Below are positions 8,975 through 18,183 of a DNA stretch of 40,822 nucleotides, one piece after another; within the stretch, counting starts at the first letter, position 1; each line of letters starts with the position of its first letter. Source of the DNA: a virus (taxonomy: Duplodnaviria > Caudoviricetes); the IMG/VR virus record IMGVR_UViG_3300037781_000018, positions 1 through 40,822 of that record; one strand, 5' to 3'. The notes under the pieces were generated by a model. It was given only the letters and a program-made list of their open reading frames with translations. It was not told the origin of the DNA and did not search any database. The position numbers and the translations under genes are program-made.

Positions 8975-9140
8975 TGATGATTACAAGCCAAAGAAGGCTC
9001 GTTACTCAACTTCGGCAATGCCGGGGAGTGCGGAAAAATTTAACGTTCTCTGCGAGCGAGCGGAGAACGGGGAGGAATTGTGGCATACGCTGGACCGTAT
9101 GTTTTGGGATGAGCAAAGGCATCAAGGAAGGTTGTTTTAA
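8967..9140 (+). CDS. Small hypothetical protein (PGSAEK...LWH motif)
   Basis: C-terminal part of ORF 8790..9140; motif recalled from planctomycete proteins; start uncertain. Confidence 0.55.
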   Translation: MSDDDYKPKKARYSTSAMPGSAEKFNVLCERAENGEELWHTLDRMFWDEQRHQGRLF

Positions 9141-9173
9141 GTTTGTAACGTTTTAACCAGTGAGAGAAATGAT

Positions 9174-9800
9174 ATGAAATTACCAAAAAGCAGTGGCGGG
9201 GAATCCGCTTTTGAGTTGACTCCAGACGGAAACCATTTGGCGGTGTGTTTTCAGGTTATCGACTTGGGCACGCATAAGATTGTCTACAAGGACAACGAAA
9301 AGGAACAGCGTAAGGTTATTATTGGCTGGGAGCTTCCGCACGAACGGATGAGCGATGGACGGCCTTTCATGGTTAAAAAACGCTACACGTTCAGCAGCAA
9401 CGAAAAAGCAACAATGCGGCGAGACCTCGAATCGTGGCGAGGCAAAAAGTTTCAAGATAGCGATTTTGGGCCAAATGGTTTTGATATTCGCAATCTGCTT
9501 GGCAAAGGGTGTTTCCTTCAAGTTGTCCACAATGACGTTGGCGATAAGACCTACGCCAACATCAACAGCATCGGTTCGTTACCAAAGGGCACGACCACGC
9601 CCGAGCTGGAAAACGCACCGGTCTATCTGTCGCTGGACGAAGAAGACTACGACCCCGCGGTGTTTGCCGACTTGCCGGAATGGATGCAAGAACTGATTGC
9701 CGAGAGTCCTGAATACAAGCAGCTTCACAGCAACAGCCCACCCGAGGACTACCGCCAACCCGCGGCGGCTGTCGATCCCGCTGACGAGTCGCCTTTCTAG
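9174..9800 (+). CDS. Phage replication/ssDNA-binding-like protein (NGO0469-like)
   Basis: IDLGTH, EKATMRRDLESWRG, YANI motifs; acidic tail ending DESPF. Confidence 0.75.
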   Translation: MKLPKSSGGESAFELTPDGNHLAVCFQVIDLGTHKIVYKDNEKEQRKVIIGWELPHERMSDGRPFMVKKRYTFSSNEKATMRRDLESWRGKKFQDSDFGPNGFDIRNLLGKGCFLQVVHNDVGDKTYANINSIGSLPKGTTTPELENAPVYLSLDEEDYDPAVFADLPEWMQELIAESPEYKQLHSNSPPEDYRQPAAAVDPADESPF

Positions 9801-10015
9801 TGAGCGACGGCTACGACGATATACCGCTCTCGCAAGTTCCGGCGTGCGAGTGCGGGAGGCTGAAAAATATGCTCGGCTGCGATAACCGCTGGCGGTGTGC
9901 AGTGTGTGAGGTTGCCGAGTGTAAGAAACGGTGGGCTAAAACGATGGACTGGCTGAAATGGCAGGCGGATATTAAGGCGGGGAAAGTTGTGAATAAGGGA
10001 CGGTGGAGGAAGTAA
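9800..10015 (+). CDS. Small Cys-rich (Zn-binding) protein
   Basis: CEC...CAVC; coupled to upstream stop. Confidence 0.55.
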   Translation: MSDGYDDIPLSQVPACECGRLKNMLGCDNRWRCAVCEVAECKKRWAKTMDWLKWQADIKAGKVVNKGRWRK

Positions 10016-10045
10016 AGTTTTTACAAATTCAAGGGAGTTGTTTAT

Positions 10046-10882
10046 ATGATCAATGAGGAAGGAATTAAGCACCGGGACGATTGGCATCCTGCTGCATGTA
10101 TTTTTCCAATGATGGCAGAGTTGGAGTTAAATGAGCTTGCCGATGACATTCAAAGGAATGGTCAACGTGAAGACATTATTATGCTTGACGGGAAAATACT
10201 GGACGGTCGCAATCGCTGGATTGCTTGCAAGCTTAGAGGCATAACGCCAAAAACTGTTAACGCAGGCAATGAGGTTAACGACCCTGTATCTTACGTGTTG
10301 AGCCTAAATCTTCACCGTCGGCACCTCACCCCGTCTCAGTCGTCAATGTGCGCGGCACGGGCACGAGATATTTACGACAAACAGGCTAAGGAGCGACAGA
10401 AGCTTAGCGAAGGTAGAGGACAAAAAGGTCCGGCAAATTTACCGGATGTTAAGGGTGACGCTCGCGACGCCGCCGGCAAGGCTTTCGGGGTATCTGGTAA
10501 GTCGGTAGACCTCGCGACGCGAGTAATTAAGCGGGGAATACCAGACCTTGCAAAAGCAGTTGACGCTGGACGCATAGCAGTAAGCAGTGCGGCCATCGTG
10601 GCAAATGACCCACCAGAGGAACAGCAAGCGGCGATTGATTCATTGCCAAATCGCAATTACGCAAAAACTTCCGGACGCAAAAAGGAAGAGGTGGAAAAGC
10701 CAGAAAAGAAACCGAAGCACGCTGGCGAGCACAATCAAAGCGATGTGTTTGCTTTAACGAAGGCTGACGTTGCAATCACTCAGCTAAAGGGAATACCGCT
10801 CAGCAATAAGTATAGGGCTGACGCGCTTAAAAAGGTTGTCGATTGGATTCAATTACAAACGGGGAAAACAGATGGTCGCTAA
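10046..10882 (+). CDS. ParB/Srx N-terminal domain protein with HTH
   Basis: ILDGRNRWIAC, LNLHRRHLTPSQ, AGKAFGVSGKSV. Confidence 0.82.
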   Translation: MINEEGIKHRDDWHPAACIFPMMAELELNELADDIQRNGQREDIIMLDGKILDGRNRWIACKLRGITPKTVNAGNEVNDPVSYVLSLNLHRRHLTPSQSSMCAARARDIYDKQAKERQKLSEGRGQKGPANLPDVKGDARDAAGKAFGVSGKSVDLATRVIKRGIPDLAKAVDAGRIAVSSAAIVANDPPEEQQAAIDSLPNRNYAKTSGRKKEEVEKPEKKPKHAGEHNQSDVFALTKADVAITQLKGIPLSNKYRADALKKVVDWIQLQTGKTDGR

Positions 10883-11642
10883 ATTATCAACAACAAAAGA
10901 TTATGGACGATTCGAGCTTTGCCAGTTTAACAGGAGTGTGTCAAAGAAAAAAAACTTGCTGGCAAGCATGAAGGAGCATGGCTACATACCGGCCTACCCA
11001 ATTCACTGCTCAAAGGGAATCGGCAATCGGCTAACAATTAAGGCAGGACACCACCGGTTTGAGTGCGCCCAAGAATTAGGCATTGCAGTCTATTACGTCA
11101 TTTCAGAAGACAGTGCTACGATTCATGAGCTGGAAAAAGCAACTAATCAATGGAGGATGCACGACTACTTAGAGTCGTATGTACGATGTGGGTTGCAAGC
11201 TTACCAGCGAATTAAAGAATACCATCTGGAGACAGGGATTAGCCTAAATGCCTGTGTATCAATTCTCGGAGGCGAATCAGCTCAGTCCGGAAACTTGATT
11301 AAAAGATTTAAGGACGGGTTGATTGAAATTCGAGGAGAAAAGCACGCCGCTGAGATTCGTGATCTTATCCTATATTGCCATCGATTGGACATCGCAACGG
11401 ACACGATTTTTACAAAGGCAATTTCTAGGTGCCTTTTTGTGCCGGAGTTTTCGGCTGATGTTTTTAAGGCCAGAGTTTTAAGCAACACAGCGATGGTCAA
11501 GAAATGCCGCACGCTGGTCGAGCAAATGCAGCAACTTGAAGACATTTACAACTTTAAAGCGACTGCAAAAAATCGGCTGCCACTTTGTTTTCTTGCAGAT
11601 CAAGCAATGAAAAACAGATGTCCCGTGGGCAGGAAGCAGTAG
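10872..11642 (+). CDS. Second ParB-like N-terminal domain protein
   Basis: NRSV...LLASMKEHG...PI...IKAGHHRFECAQELG; GGGG SD before ATG 10872. Confidence 0.7.
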   Translation: MVAKLSTTKDYGRFELCQFNRSVSKKKNLLASMKEHGYIPAYPIHCSKGIGNRLTIKAGHHRFECAQELGIAVYYVISEDSATIHELEKATNQWRMHDYLESYVRCGLQAYQRIKEYHLETGISLNACVSILGGESAQSGNLIKRFKDGLIEIRGEKHAAEIRDLILYCHRLDIATDTIFTKAISRCLFVPEFSADVFKARVLSNTAMVKKCRTLVEQMQQLEDIYNFKATAKNRLPLCFLADQAMKNRCPVGRKQ

Positions 11643-11659
11643 CAGTCACTTAAAAGAAA

Positions 11660-11686
11660 ACCCGCAAGCCTTTTTCGCTTGCGGGT
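11660..11686. terminator. Hairpin, possible terminator
   Basis: ACCCGCAAGC/GCTTGCGGGT 10-bp stem with A-tract on the left. Confidence 0.55.
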
Positions 11687-11734
11687 AATCGGTTTATTCA
11701 ACGTTTTTGACGGAACAAACGCTAGGCATTTGCA

Positions 11735-12583
11735 ATGGCACGCATCAGAACCATCAAGCCTGAATTTTGGCTGAACGAAGAGCTAGCCAGCCTTAGCGAC
11801 CGAGCAAGGCTACTAGCCATCGCACTGCTAAACCACTCGGACGACAAAGGGCTTTTCTTGGCAAATCCGGCGTTGGTTCGTGCGGCGTGTTTTCCATTCG
11901 ACGAACATTCCCAGAACGTTCTTGGAGGACTCCAGGAATTGTCCCGGATTGGTTACGTAGAGGTCCGGGAGTGCTCTGGAAAGACTATCGGGCGGGTCGT
12001 GAATTTTCTGGAGCATCAGCGAATCGACAAACCGCAGAAGTCCAAGCTGATTGCACTTTGGGAGCAAGGTGAGCCACAAGAAAACACCGTAAATAACGAG
12101 GATTCTGCACCATTCCAAGACCATTCCAAGAACGTTCCTGGAATACTCCCGGAAGACTCCGAGAACGTTCCACGCCCGGAAAGGAAAGGAAAGGAAGGGA
12201 AAGGAAAGGATCAGGTGGTCGCTACCGCTCCCTCGCCGCCGGAAAAAGTTTGGGGAACTCTCCCCACAAAGGACGGCAGCGAGTGGGAACTGAAGGATTC
12301 GTTTTGGCAGGAGTTGGTTAAAGCCTATCCGCGCCATGACATCTATGCGGAGTGCAAGGCCATGAAAATTTGGCTGATCAGCAACCCCGCTAAGCAGAAG
12401 ACTCCAGGCGGCATGAAGCGGTTTGTAAACGGCTGGTTGTCAAAAGCAAAGCCAACCAAGCCGGACCCAGCGGTCAACAAGCGACCACGGGGCAAGATGG
12501 TCTGGGAAATAGCGGCGGAACGCCACGCCCGAGAAGCGGCGGCAGCCGCAGCAGCAAAGGAATCAGCCCATGCCACAGCTTGA
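11735..12583 (+). CDS. Phage replication initiator
   Basis: MARIRTIKPEFW N-terminus, GKEGKGK linker, RFVNGWL C-terminal motif, upstream of DnaB. Confidence 0.8.
   Translation: MARIRTIKPEFWLNEELASLSDRARLLAIALLNHSDDKGLFLANPALVRAACFPFDEHSQNVLGGLQELSRIGYVEVRECSGKTIGRVVNFLEHQRIDKPQKSKLIALWEQGEPQENTVNNEDSAPFQDHSKNVPGILPEDSENVPRPERKGKEGKGKDQVVATAPSPPEKVWGTLPTKDGSEWELKDSFWQELVKAYPRHDIYAECKAMKIWLISNPAKQKTPGGMKRFVNGWLSKAKPTKPDPAVNKRPRGKMVWEIAAERHAREAAAAAAAKESAHATA
12111..12210 (+). repeat. Iteron-like 11-bp repeats plus purine tract, putative replication origin
   Basis: Six 11-bp units (cattccaagac cattccaagaa cgttcctggaa tactcccggaa gactccgagaa cgttccacgcc) followed by GGAAA-like purine repeats; a three-unit copy at 11906-11938. 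Confidence 0.6.
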
Positions 12584-13901
12584 AGACATCATCGACAGCG
12601 AAGTATCGATTCTCGGCTCTGCAATATGCGATCCCAACGTAATCGACATCGTAGGCGAAAGCCTCCATCGCTCTGACTGGCAAACGGAAGCCCACGGCAA
12701 GGCGTGGGACGTAATGCGGGATTTCAGGGCATCAGGAGGGCCGGTAAATGACTTACGGCAGCTAGTGCGACTGTTTACGCAAACGGGGCTTTTGGAGTCG
12801 CTAGGAGGGCAGCAGGGGCTTGCCACGTGGGCGAATGCAATACCGGGGAACGTGGAATACCACTGCAAGGTCGTGAGGCGCGCGGCACAGATGAGACACC
12901 TCGGACGACTAAAAGAACAACTGGAACAAAAGATACAAGCCGACAGCGAGCCGGCGGCGATTGCCGGCTGGCTGGATTCGCAGCTTGACGCGCTAACGGG
13001 CGAGCGTGGAATCGGGCTGCAAACGATTGGCGAGTCGGCAGAGGAGGCACTGGGGCGAATTGACAAGGCAATGAAGCTGAAGCAGACCACGGGTTTATCC
13101 ACGGGGCTGCGGTCGCTGGATGGAATGGTAGGCGGGCTGTTTGGCGGTGACATGGTAATTATCGCTGCTAGGCCGTCGGTAGGGAAAACAGCATTAGCAA
13201 CGCAGGTTTGCGTTGAAGTGGCGAGAACTCAGGGGCCTGTGTTGTTGGCCAGCCTGGAAATGAAAGGCTACGAATTGGCAATGCGGCTACTGGCAAAAGA
13301 AACTGGCATCTCGATGGCTGAACTGCGGGCCGCTGCGATAACCGACATTGACCGCGACAAGGTGGCGGAATCGGTCGAGTCTATTAAGCAGGTGGACTTG
13401 AGCTTGCTGTACTCGCGAAACGTAACAGTCAGCAAGATTCGTGCGGCGGCAAGACTGAAACGTGGGATGGGCGGGCTGTCGATGGTGGTGGTGGATTACC
13501 TCGGCTTGATCAAAGCTAACGACCCGCGGCGACCGCGCTACGAACAAATATCAGAGGCCAGTGCCGAGCTAAAAGATTTGGCAATGGAACTTGAGGTTCC
13601 GGTGATTGTGCTTTGCCAGTTAAACCGGGAGGCGGACAAAGGCCAGCCGATGCTGAGCCATTTACGGGACAGCGGCGCGATTGAACAAGATGCGGACGTT
13701 GTTATCCTGCTCAATCGCGAAAACAAAGCATCTACCGAGGCGACCTTAGACGTTGCCAAGAACCGTCAAGGCTCGACTGGTTGCGTGGAAGTTAACTTTG
13801 ATCCTGGGACTACAACGTTTAAGGACAAAGGGGCAAGGGATATGCCAAATTATGAGCCGAGTTTTTCAGATTATGAGATGGCAGATTCTACCCCTTTTTG
13901 A
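12570..13901 (+). CDS. dnaB: Replicative DNA helicase
   Basis: AARPSVGKT, SLEM, VVDYLGL, CQLNR, LRDSGAIEQDAD, KNRQG. Confidence 0.96.
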   Translation: MPQLEDIIDSEVSILGSAICDPNVIDIVGESLHRSDWQTEAHGKAWDVMRDFRASGGPVNDLRQLVRLFTQTGLLESLGGQQGLATWANAIPGNVEYHCKVVRRAAQMRHLGRLKEQLEQKIQADSEPAAIAGWLDSQLDALTGERGIGLQTIGESAEEALGRIDKAMKLKQTTGLSTGLRSLDGMVGGLFGGDMVIIAARPSVGKTALATQVCVEVARTQGPVLLASLEMKGYELAMRLLAKETGISMAELRAAAITDIDRDKVAESVESIKQVDLSLLYSRNVTVSKIRAAARLKRGMGGLSMVVVDYLGLIKANDPRRPRYEQISEASAELKDLAMELEVPVIVLCQLNREADKGQPMLSHLRDSGAIEQDADVVILLNRENKASTEATLDVAKNRQGSTGCVEVNFDPGTTTFKDKGARDMPNYEPSFSDYEMADSTPF

Positions 13902-13913
13902 AAGTTTTGATTT

Positions 13914-14441
13914 ATGAGCAGCAGCGAACAGAAACCCTGGGAACACCGAGTAATAGCCTGGGCCGACGAGCGGCGGATTTTAGATGGCTCAACGTGTTGG
14001 AATCAGTACGGCAAGCTCGTTGAAGAAATGGCGGAACTGCTCACGGCGATTGCCGAAGAGGACGCTGGCGAGCTTCAGGACGCGATTGGCGACTGTGCTG
14101 TTGTGCTGACGGTAATCGCGTGCCAGCGTGGACTCGATAGCGCGACCTGCAAATCTGCGTTTATTGACAAATCAACGTTTCAAGAGCGTTCGACGATTGC
14201 CCGCGAACGCTACACCGTCCCGTTCTTGGCCGAGGCGGTTGGAAAGATTGCGGACGGGCTGACAAAAGACTCGCAGCAGAAAATCGTTTTGGCGATTGGC
14301 GAAGCGTGGTATTGTCTCGCTCGAATTGGCGAACAGTGGCATTTGCCTTTGAACGAGTGCCAAGAAGCGGCGTGGGAAGAGATCAAGGATCGCCGCGGGG
14401 TTTGCATCGGCGGCGTGTTTGTTAAGGAGGAATCGTTGTGA
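13914..14441 (+). CDS. MazG-like nucleotide pyrophosphohydrolase
   Basis: KLVEEMAEL...DAIGDCAVVL...AWEEIKDRRG. Confidence 0.8.
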   Translation: MSSSEQKPWEHRVIAWADERRILDGSTCWNQYGKLVEEMAELLTAIAEEDAGELQDAIGDCAVVLTVIACQRGLDSATCKSAFIDKSTFQERSTIARERYTVPFLAEAVGKIADGLTKDSQQKIVLAIGEAWYCLARIGEQWHLPLNECQEAAWEEIKDRRGVCIGGVFVKEESL

Positions 14442-14650
14442 GCGAGCAGCAAACTTACCGAGGGATGAAATACTTAGACGAGGCAGCGGTTTGCGAAGTC
14501 CACGGGTTCTATTCGTGGATTCGTAGTTGCCCGTATTGCCAGCAAAGTTTGCGAGACGAGTTGCTGTGTGCGTTAATCGAAGAGCACGACTACGACAGGC
14601 TCTACGCTCGCTGCATGGAGCTTGTCGAGCGTTATGGGGAGCATAAGTAA
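14438..14650 (+). CDS. Hypothetical protein, CxxH/CxxC
   Basis: GTGA overlap, AAGGAGG SD. Confidence 0.65.
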   Translation: MSEQQTYRGMKYLDEAAVCEVHGFYSWIRSCPYCQQSLRDELLCALIEEHDYDRLYARCMELVERYGEHK

Positions 14651-14999
14651 GTTGTCCAACCCACCACCATCAACCCACAAAGAAGTAAGCGAATGGCTCG
14701 AAAAGCTGCCAAGCGGAAGCGTAGTAGTCGAAGTGCCGGTGAAGATGCCGAGCTGGAATTACTTGCTAGCGATGAATCGATTCAAGCGAGCCAAGGTCCG
14801 GCACTTAGTACACCAACTAGTCTCGTTGTCATCAATTACCGTTGTCGGCTCTGCGACGCAGATGGAGTCAGTGCAAAAGCCGCAATTGATGGGTGCGTGC
14901 ATCGGGGATTATTACCGGACGATTCAGCCGCGCACATCCAAGAAGTCCGCAGTTGGCAAGTCAAAGTCGGCAGCCAAGAGCAAGAGAAAACGTTGTTAG
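14622..14999 (+). CDS. ORF carrying a RusA-like N-terminal segment
   Basis: VEVPVKMPSWNYLLAMNRFKRAK; overlaps the next ORF in another frame. Confidence 0.45.
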   Translation: MSSVMGSISKLSNPPPSTHKEVSEWLEKLPSGSVVVEVPVKMPSWNYLLAMNRFKRAKVRHLVHQLVSLSSITVVGSATQMESVQKPQLMGACIGDYYRTIQPRTSKKSAVGKSKSAAKSKRKRC

Positions 15000-15028
15000 T
15001 TTTTATTCCTATCGAGAGCGGGGGTTGA
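14693..15028 (+). CDS. RusA-like Holliday junction resolvase catalytic portion
   Basis: RLCDADGVSAKAAIDGCVHRGLLPDDS (D-x-D, K, D, DD). Confidence 0.65.
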   Translation: MARKAAKRKRSSRSAGEDAELELLASDESIQASQGPALSTPTSLVVINYRCRLCDADGVSAKAAIDGCVHRGLLPDDSAAHIQEVRSWQVKVGSQEQEKTLLVFIPIESGG

Positions 15029-15029
15029 T

Positions 15030-15305
15030 GTGATTGCAATACCAGTGGACGAAAGACAGACGAGCTATCAAGCGAACGCGATTAACTACGCTCGCCGGGT
15101 TGAGCCGGACGGGCGGACGATTGCCGAGCATATTGATATTGTGTGGGCGAATTTTTTGGACGTGTTTCCAACGTATCGGAGCTACTTGGTTTGCGTTGCG
15201 GGGAATTTGCCATTGAGCGAAGTGCAAAAAGTCGCCAAGGCGATGGTCAAAGAACATGATTACCGGGAAGTGCGGAAGACTTTACGGGGGAAGGTGGCGA
15301 AATGA
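15030..15305 (+). CDS. Hypothetical protein
   Basis: Operon packing, ATGA overlap with next gene. Confidence 0.55.
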   Translation: MIAIPVDERQTSYQANAINYARRVEPDGRTIAEHIDIVWANFLDVFPTYRSYLVCVAGNLPLSEVQKVAKAMVKEHDYREVRKTLRGKVAK

Positions 15306-15550
15306 GCACATCATTTGAGGTGCGGACAATGAGCGTTGTCGTTATTCCGATTGGTGAAGAAATCTACAGCGAGCGTGCTACGGTTGTCTCGATTGAAGAC
15401 GAAGGCGGAGGGGAGTTTGTCTGCGTCAAACAGCCGGGGTTGTTAAGCAATCAAGCGGAGTTACGGCTAGACGCGGACGATTGGCCAGTAGTCAGGCAGG
15501 CAATAGACGACATGATTAAGCAGTGTAGGGACAAAGGAGCAAGCCAGTGA
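15302..15550 (+). CDS. Phage hypothetical protein
   Basis: IYSERATVVSIEDEGGGEFV...DDWP pattern; coupled at both ends. Confidence 0.7.
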   Translation: MSTSFEVRTMSVVVIPIGEEIYSERATVVSIEDEGGGEFVCVKQPGLLSNQAELRLDADDWPVVRQAIDDMIKQCRDKGASQ

Positions 15551-15963
15551 GCGTGCAAATAACAATCACAATTAAAGACAGATGCAGTCTGGACATTCAG
15601 CACCAAGGCGATGCCCACGTCCTCGAAGATTGCGGGATGGAAGCGGTGGAGCTGCTCGCGGGCTACGTTGACAAAATCGCACTCGTCCACGCCCACAACC
15701 GGGAGTGCGATTTGTGCGGTTCGGAAAAGTCCAACACGCTCAACAAGTTCGCGTGTCGCAACGGAATCGCCGATCCGGTCGTGAATCGGGTGGTCGATAA
15801 GTTCCGCAGTAGGTCGGTTGCCGGGACGCTGAAATACAAGACGAACTTGGAACGGAACGACTTGCCGAATTGGGCGTGGGTTCAGCACTTGCAAGAAGAA
15901 CTGATGGACGCGGTGAACTACCTTGAAAAGATTCAGGTTCTTGCTGAACGGGGAGAGGGGTAA
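15547..15963 (+). CDS. Phage protein with all-alpha NTP-PPase-like C-terminus
   Basis: KYKTNLERNDL...WVQHLQEELMDAVNYLEK. Confidence 0.6.
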   Translation: MSVQITITIKDRCSLDIQHQGDAHVLEDCGMEAVELLAGYVDKIALVHAHNRECDLCGSEKSNTLNKFACRNGIADPVVNRVVDKFRSRSVAGTLKYKTNLERNDLPNWAWVQHLQEELMDAVNYLEKIQVLAERGEG

Positions 15964-16227
15964 ATGAAAAAAGACTACCTAGGTCCGAACGGTGTTGAAA
16001 AGCCAAAGCAAATGCCACGGTTTGTGAAAAGCACAAATGTGATGGCAACGAGTGCACGGTCAGCAATTAACAAGACAGGCTGGCAAGTTGCTCAGTCCGA
16101 GGGGCGATTTCGTTTGGTTTCGATAAAAGCCGAAAGGAATTCTCCGTTTGGTTATACTGTTAGCTGCGAGTTTGAAGACACAGAGGATGCACTGGCAAAA
16201 GCGTGCTGCTTTGTTTATTACGCCTAG
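15964..16227 (+). CDS. Hypothetical protein
   Basis: GAGGGG SD, abuts upstream stop. Confidence 0.6.
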   Translation: MKKDYLGPNGVEKPKQMPRFVKSTNVMATSARSAINKTGWQVAQSEGRFRLVSIKAERNSPFGYTVSCEFEDTEDALAKACCFVYYA

Positions 16228-16236
16228 TAGCTGATT

Positions 16237-17193
16237 TTGCGAAAACGCCACCCACCCATACAATACGCCAAGCCACAAGAGCAACTCTTACGGATTGGCA
16301 AGATGGGCAGTGTGACGGACGCAAAAGATTCCATCGGCGATTGGCAGCTTGAAAAACCTGCTCGGAACGTGCTAGTTTTCCGTGCCACGTTTCCGACGGC
16401 AGATCATGAGTTTCCGCCTTTGCTGTTAGCCGGCGACGCCCACTGGGATAATCCGGATTGCGACCGGGAGCGGTTGGCCAAGGACTTCTCCGACGCCAAG
16501 GAAAAAGGATCGCCAATTCTAATTGGTGGTGATTTTTTCTGTGCAATGCAGGGAAAATTCGACAAACGCTCAGACAAGAAAAAACTACTACCCGAGCACG
16601 CAACCGGCAATTACCTAGACAGGCTAGTAGAGACTGCGGCGGAATGGCTGGAACCGTATGCAGCCAATATCGCTATCGTCTGTCGCGGCAACCACGAAAC
16701 GTCAATCGCCAACCACCACGAGACGGATTTAACCGACAGGCTCTGTGCCGAGTTGCGGCGAATGGGATCGCCGGCGGTAAGCGGTGGTTATGCGGGGTGG
16801 GTTCGTTTTCAGATGCACTACGGGACGATCCGGGGCAGCCTGCGGGCCTACTACCATCATGGCTATGGGGGTGGCGGGCCGATTTCGATGGGAAAGATAG
16901 ACTTTTCCCGTTATCAGATGCAAGCTGAGTATGACTTGATGTGGGCACAACACGTCCACCACACCGAGATTTTCGACACTCGCTGTGCATTTCTTAATGA
17001 CGCAAACAAGATTGGCCATAAGCAGAAGTGGCACATCCGCACGCCTTCATACAAAGACGAATACCGCGACGGCTACGGCGGTTTTCAAGTCGAGCGGGGG
17101 CAAGGGCCAAGGCCAAAAGGTGGCGTTTGGCTAAGCGTGTATATGACAAAGTCTAGCCGCTTTGCTTTCCATGCGGAGAGGACTCGTGAGTAA
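16237..17193 (+). CDS. Calcineurin-like metallophosphoesterase
   Basis: GDAHWD, GGDFF, RGNHE, HHG, HVH motifs; start uncertain. Confidence 0.85.
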   Translation: MRKRHPPIQYAKPQEQLLRIGKMGSVTDAKDSIGDWQLEKPARNVLVFRATFPTADHEFPPLLLAGDAHWDNPDCDRERLAKDFSDAKEKGSPILIGGDFFCAMQGKFDKRSDKKKLLPEHATGNYLDRLVETAAEWLEPYAANIAIVCRGNHETSIANHHETDLTDRLCAELRRMGSPAVSGGYAGWVRFQMHYGTIRGSLRAYYHHGYGGGGPISMGKIDFSRYQMQAEYDLMWAQHVHHTEIFDTRCAFLNDANKIGHKQKWHIRTPSYKDEYRDGYGGFQVERGQGPRPKGGVWLSVYMTKSSRFAFHAERTRE

Positions 17194-17443
17194 AACAGAC
17201 GCATTTCGCTGGCGATGCAGCGGCTACGTGCTTGGGGTTGTCGCGATTGGGTGGGGGCTACTTGCAAGCAACTTGTCACACGCACAAAAAGCTTACGATG
17301 CCGGCGATTTGTCGGCATTTGCTTGGACTGCGTTTTGGCCTTTCATTTATCCGCTGTTTTGGGTTGAGGCTTTTGCACTGGTGCTGCCTTTTGCTGCATT
17401 GGTCGAATTAGTGTTGTGGGTGGTGAGGCGTACCCGTGAGTAG
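17186..17443 (+). CDS. Membrane protein
   Basis: GTG start after GGAG; several hydrophobic segments. Confidence 0.6.
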   Translation: MSKTDAFRWRCSGYVLGVVAIGWGLLASNLSHAQKAYDAGDLSAFAWTAFWPFIYPLFWVEAFALVLPFAALVELVLWVVRRTRE

Positions 17444-17732
17444 CAACGACGAGCTACCACCCGATATGGTTTGGCTGGAGGACGACGCGTTGTGGTGGCG
17501 TTGTCCGGCGTGTGGGGCGAAAAACCTTGATCACTGGATACCGCTCGAAGTTGATTCGGACGTAGCGGATGCGTATCGCGAGGACGGCGAACCGATGGGC
17601 GAGAGCGTCTACGGCTATGAGATGCCGGAGTTTGTCCATTGCCGGCGGTGTAAGTGTCGCCTAGAAGTTGCCAACCATTACCTTTACGACGAGGAGCAAG
17701 ACGGTGGCACGCAAAACAACTCGGAAGCCTAG
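17436..17732 (+). CDS. Zn-ribbon protein
   Basis: CPAC...CRRC. Confidence 0.65.
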   Translation: MSSNDELPPDMVWLEDDALWWRCPACGAKNLDHWIPLEVDSDVADAYREDGEPMGESVYGYEMPEFVHCRRCKCRLEVANHYLYDEEQDGGTQNNSEA

Positions 17733-17931
17733 GTCGCTAAGGTCGGCTAAGAAGTCTGGGCATCAGGAGGTAAAGCTGTCGGGGCTGAGGATCATGTACT
17801 TGCAGGTCGAAAACGCATTCGGCGAGACGGAGCGAATAGCACTAACAGTGCCGGCGGACATCACATCGACGCGGGTAGTCGTGAGCTACACCGAGGGCGT
17901 TGACGTTAGCTTTTCTGAATCTGTGTTTTGA
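17704..17931 (+). CDS. Hypothetical protein with basic N-terminus
   Basis: GAGGAG SD before GTG 17704. Confidence 0.6.
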   Translation: MARKTTRKPRSLRSAKKSGHQEVKLSGLRIMYLQVENAFGETERIALTVPADITSTRVVVSYTEGVDVSFSESVF

Positions 17932-17955
17932 TGGTTTGCTATTTGGTGGTAAAAT
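17928..17955 (+). promoter_or_regulatory. Promoter upstream of the membrane/lysis cluster
   Basis: TTGATG-16bp-TAAAAT with TGn extended -10. Confidence 0.45.
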
Positions 17956-17991
17956 TCCGGCACAACAACCAACACTTTTTGAGGTGGTTCG

Positions 17992-18183
17992 ATGGACAAA
18001 GTTAAGTGGATCAAGTTTGCCAAGGGTGCGGCAATCGCGGCAGCGGGGGCAGTGCTTGCATACGGTTCGAGCGTAGTCGTGCCGGATTTGGAAGCGGCGG
18101 GACTTGCCACGATTGCGATGGTAGCAAGCTCGCTCGTCAATCTCGCAAAGCTTGCGTTATCCAAGGTCGATCCCAGTGAGTAA
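17992..18183 (+). CDS. Holin-like small membrane protein
   Basis: 63 aa, two hydrophobic helices, GAGGTG SD. Confidence 0.55.
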   Translation: MDKVKWIKFAKGAAIAAAGAVLAYGSSVVVPDLEAAGLATIAMVASSLVNLAKLALSKVDPSE

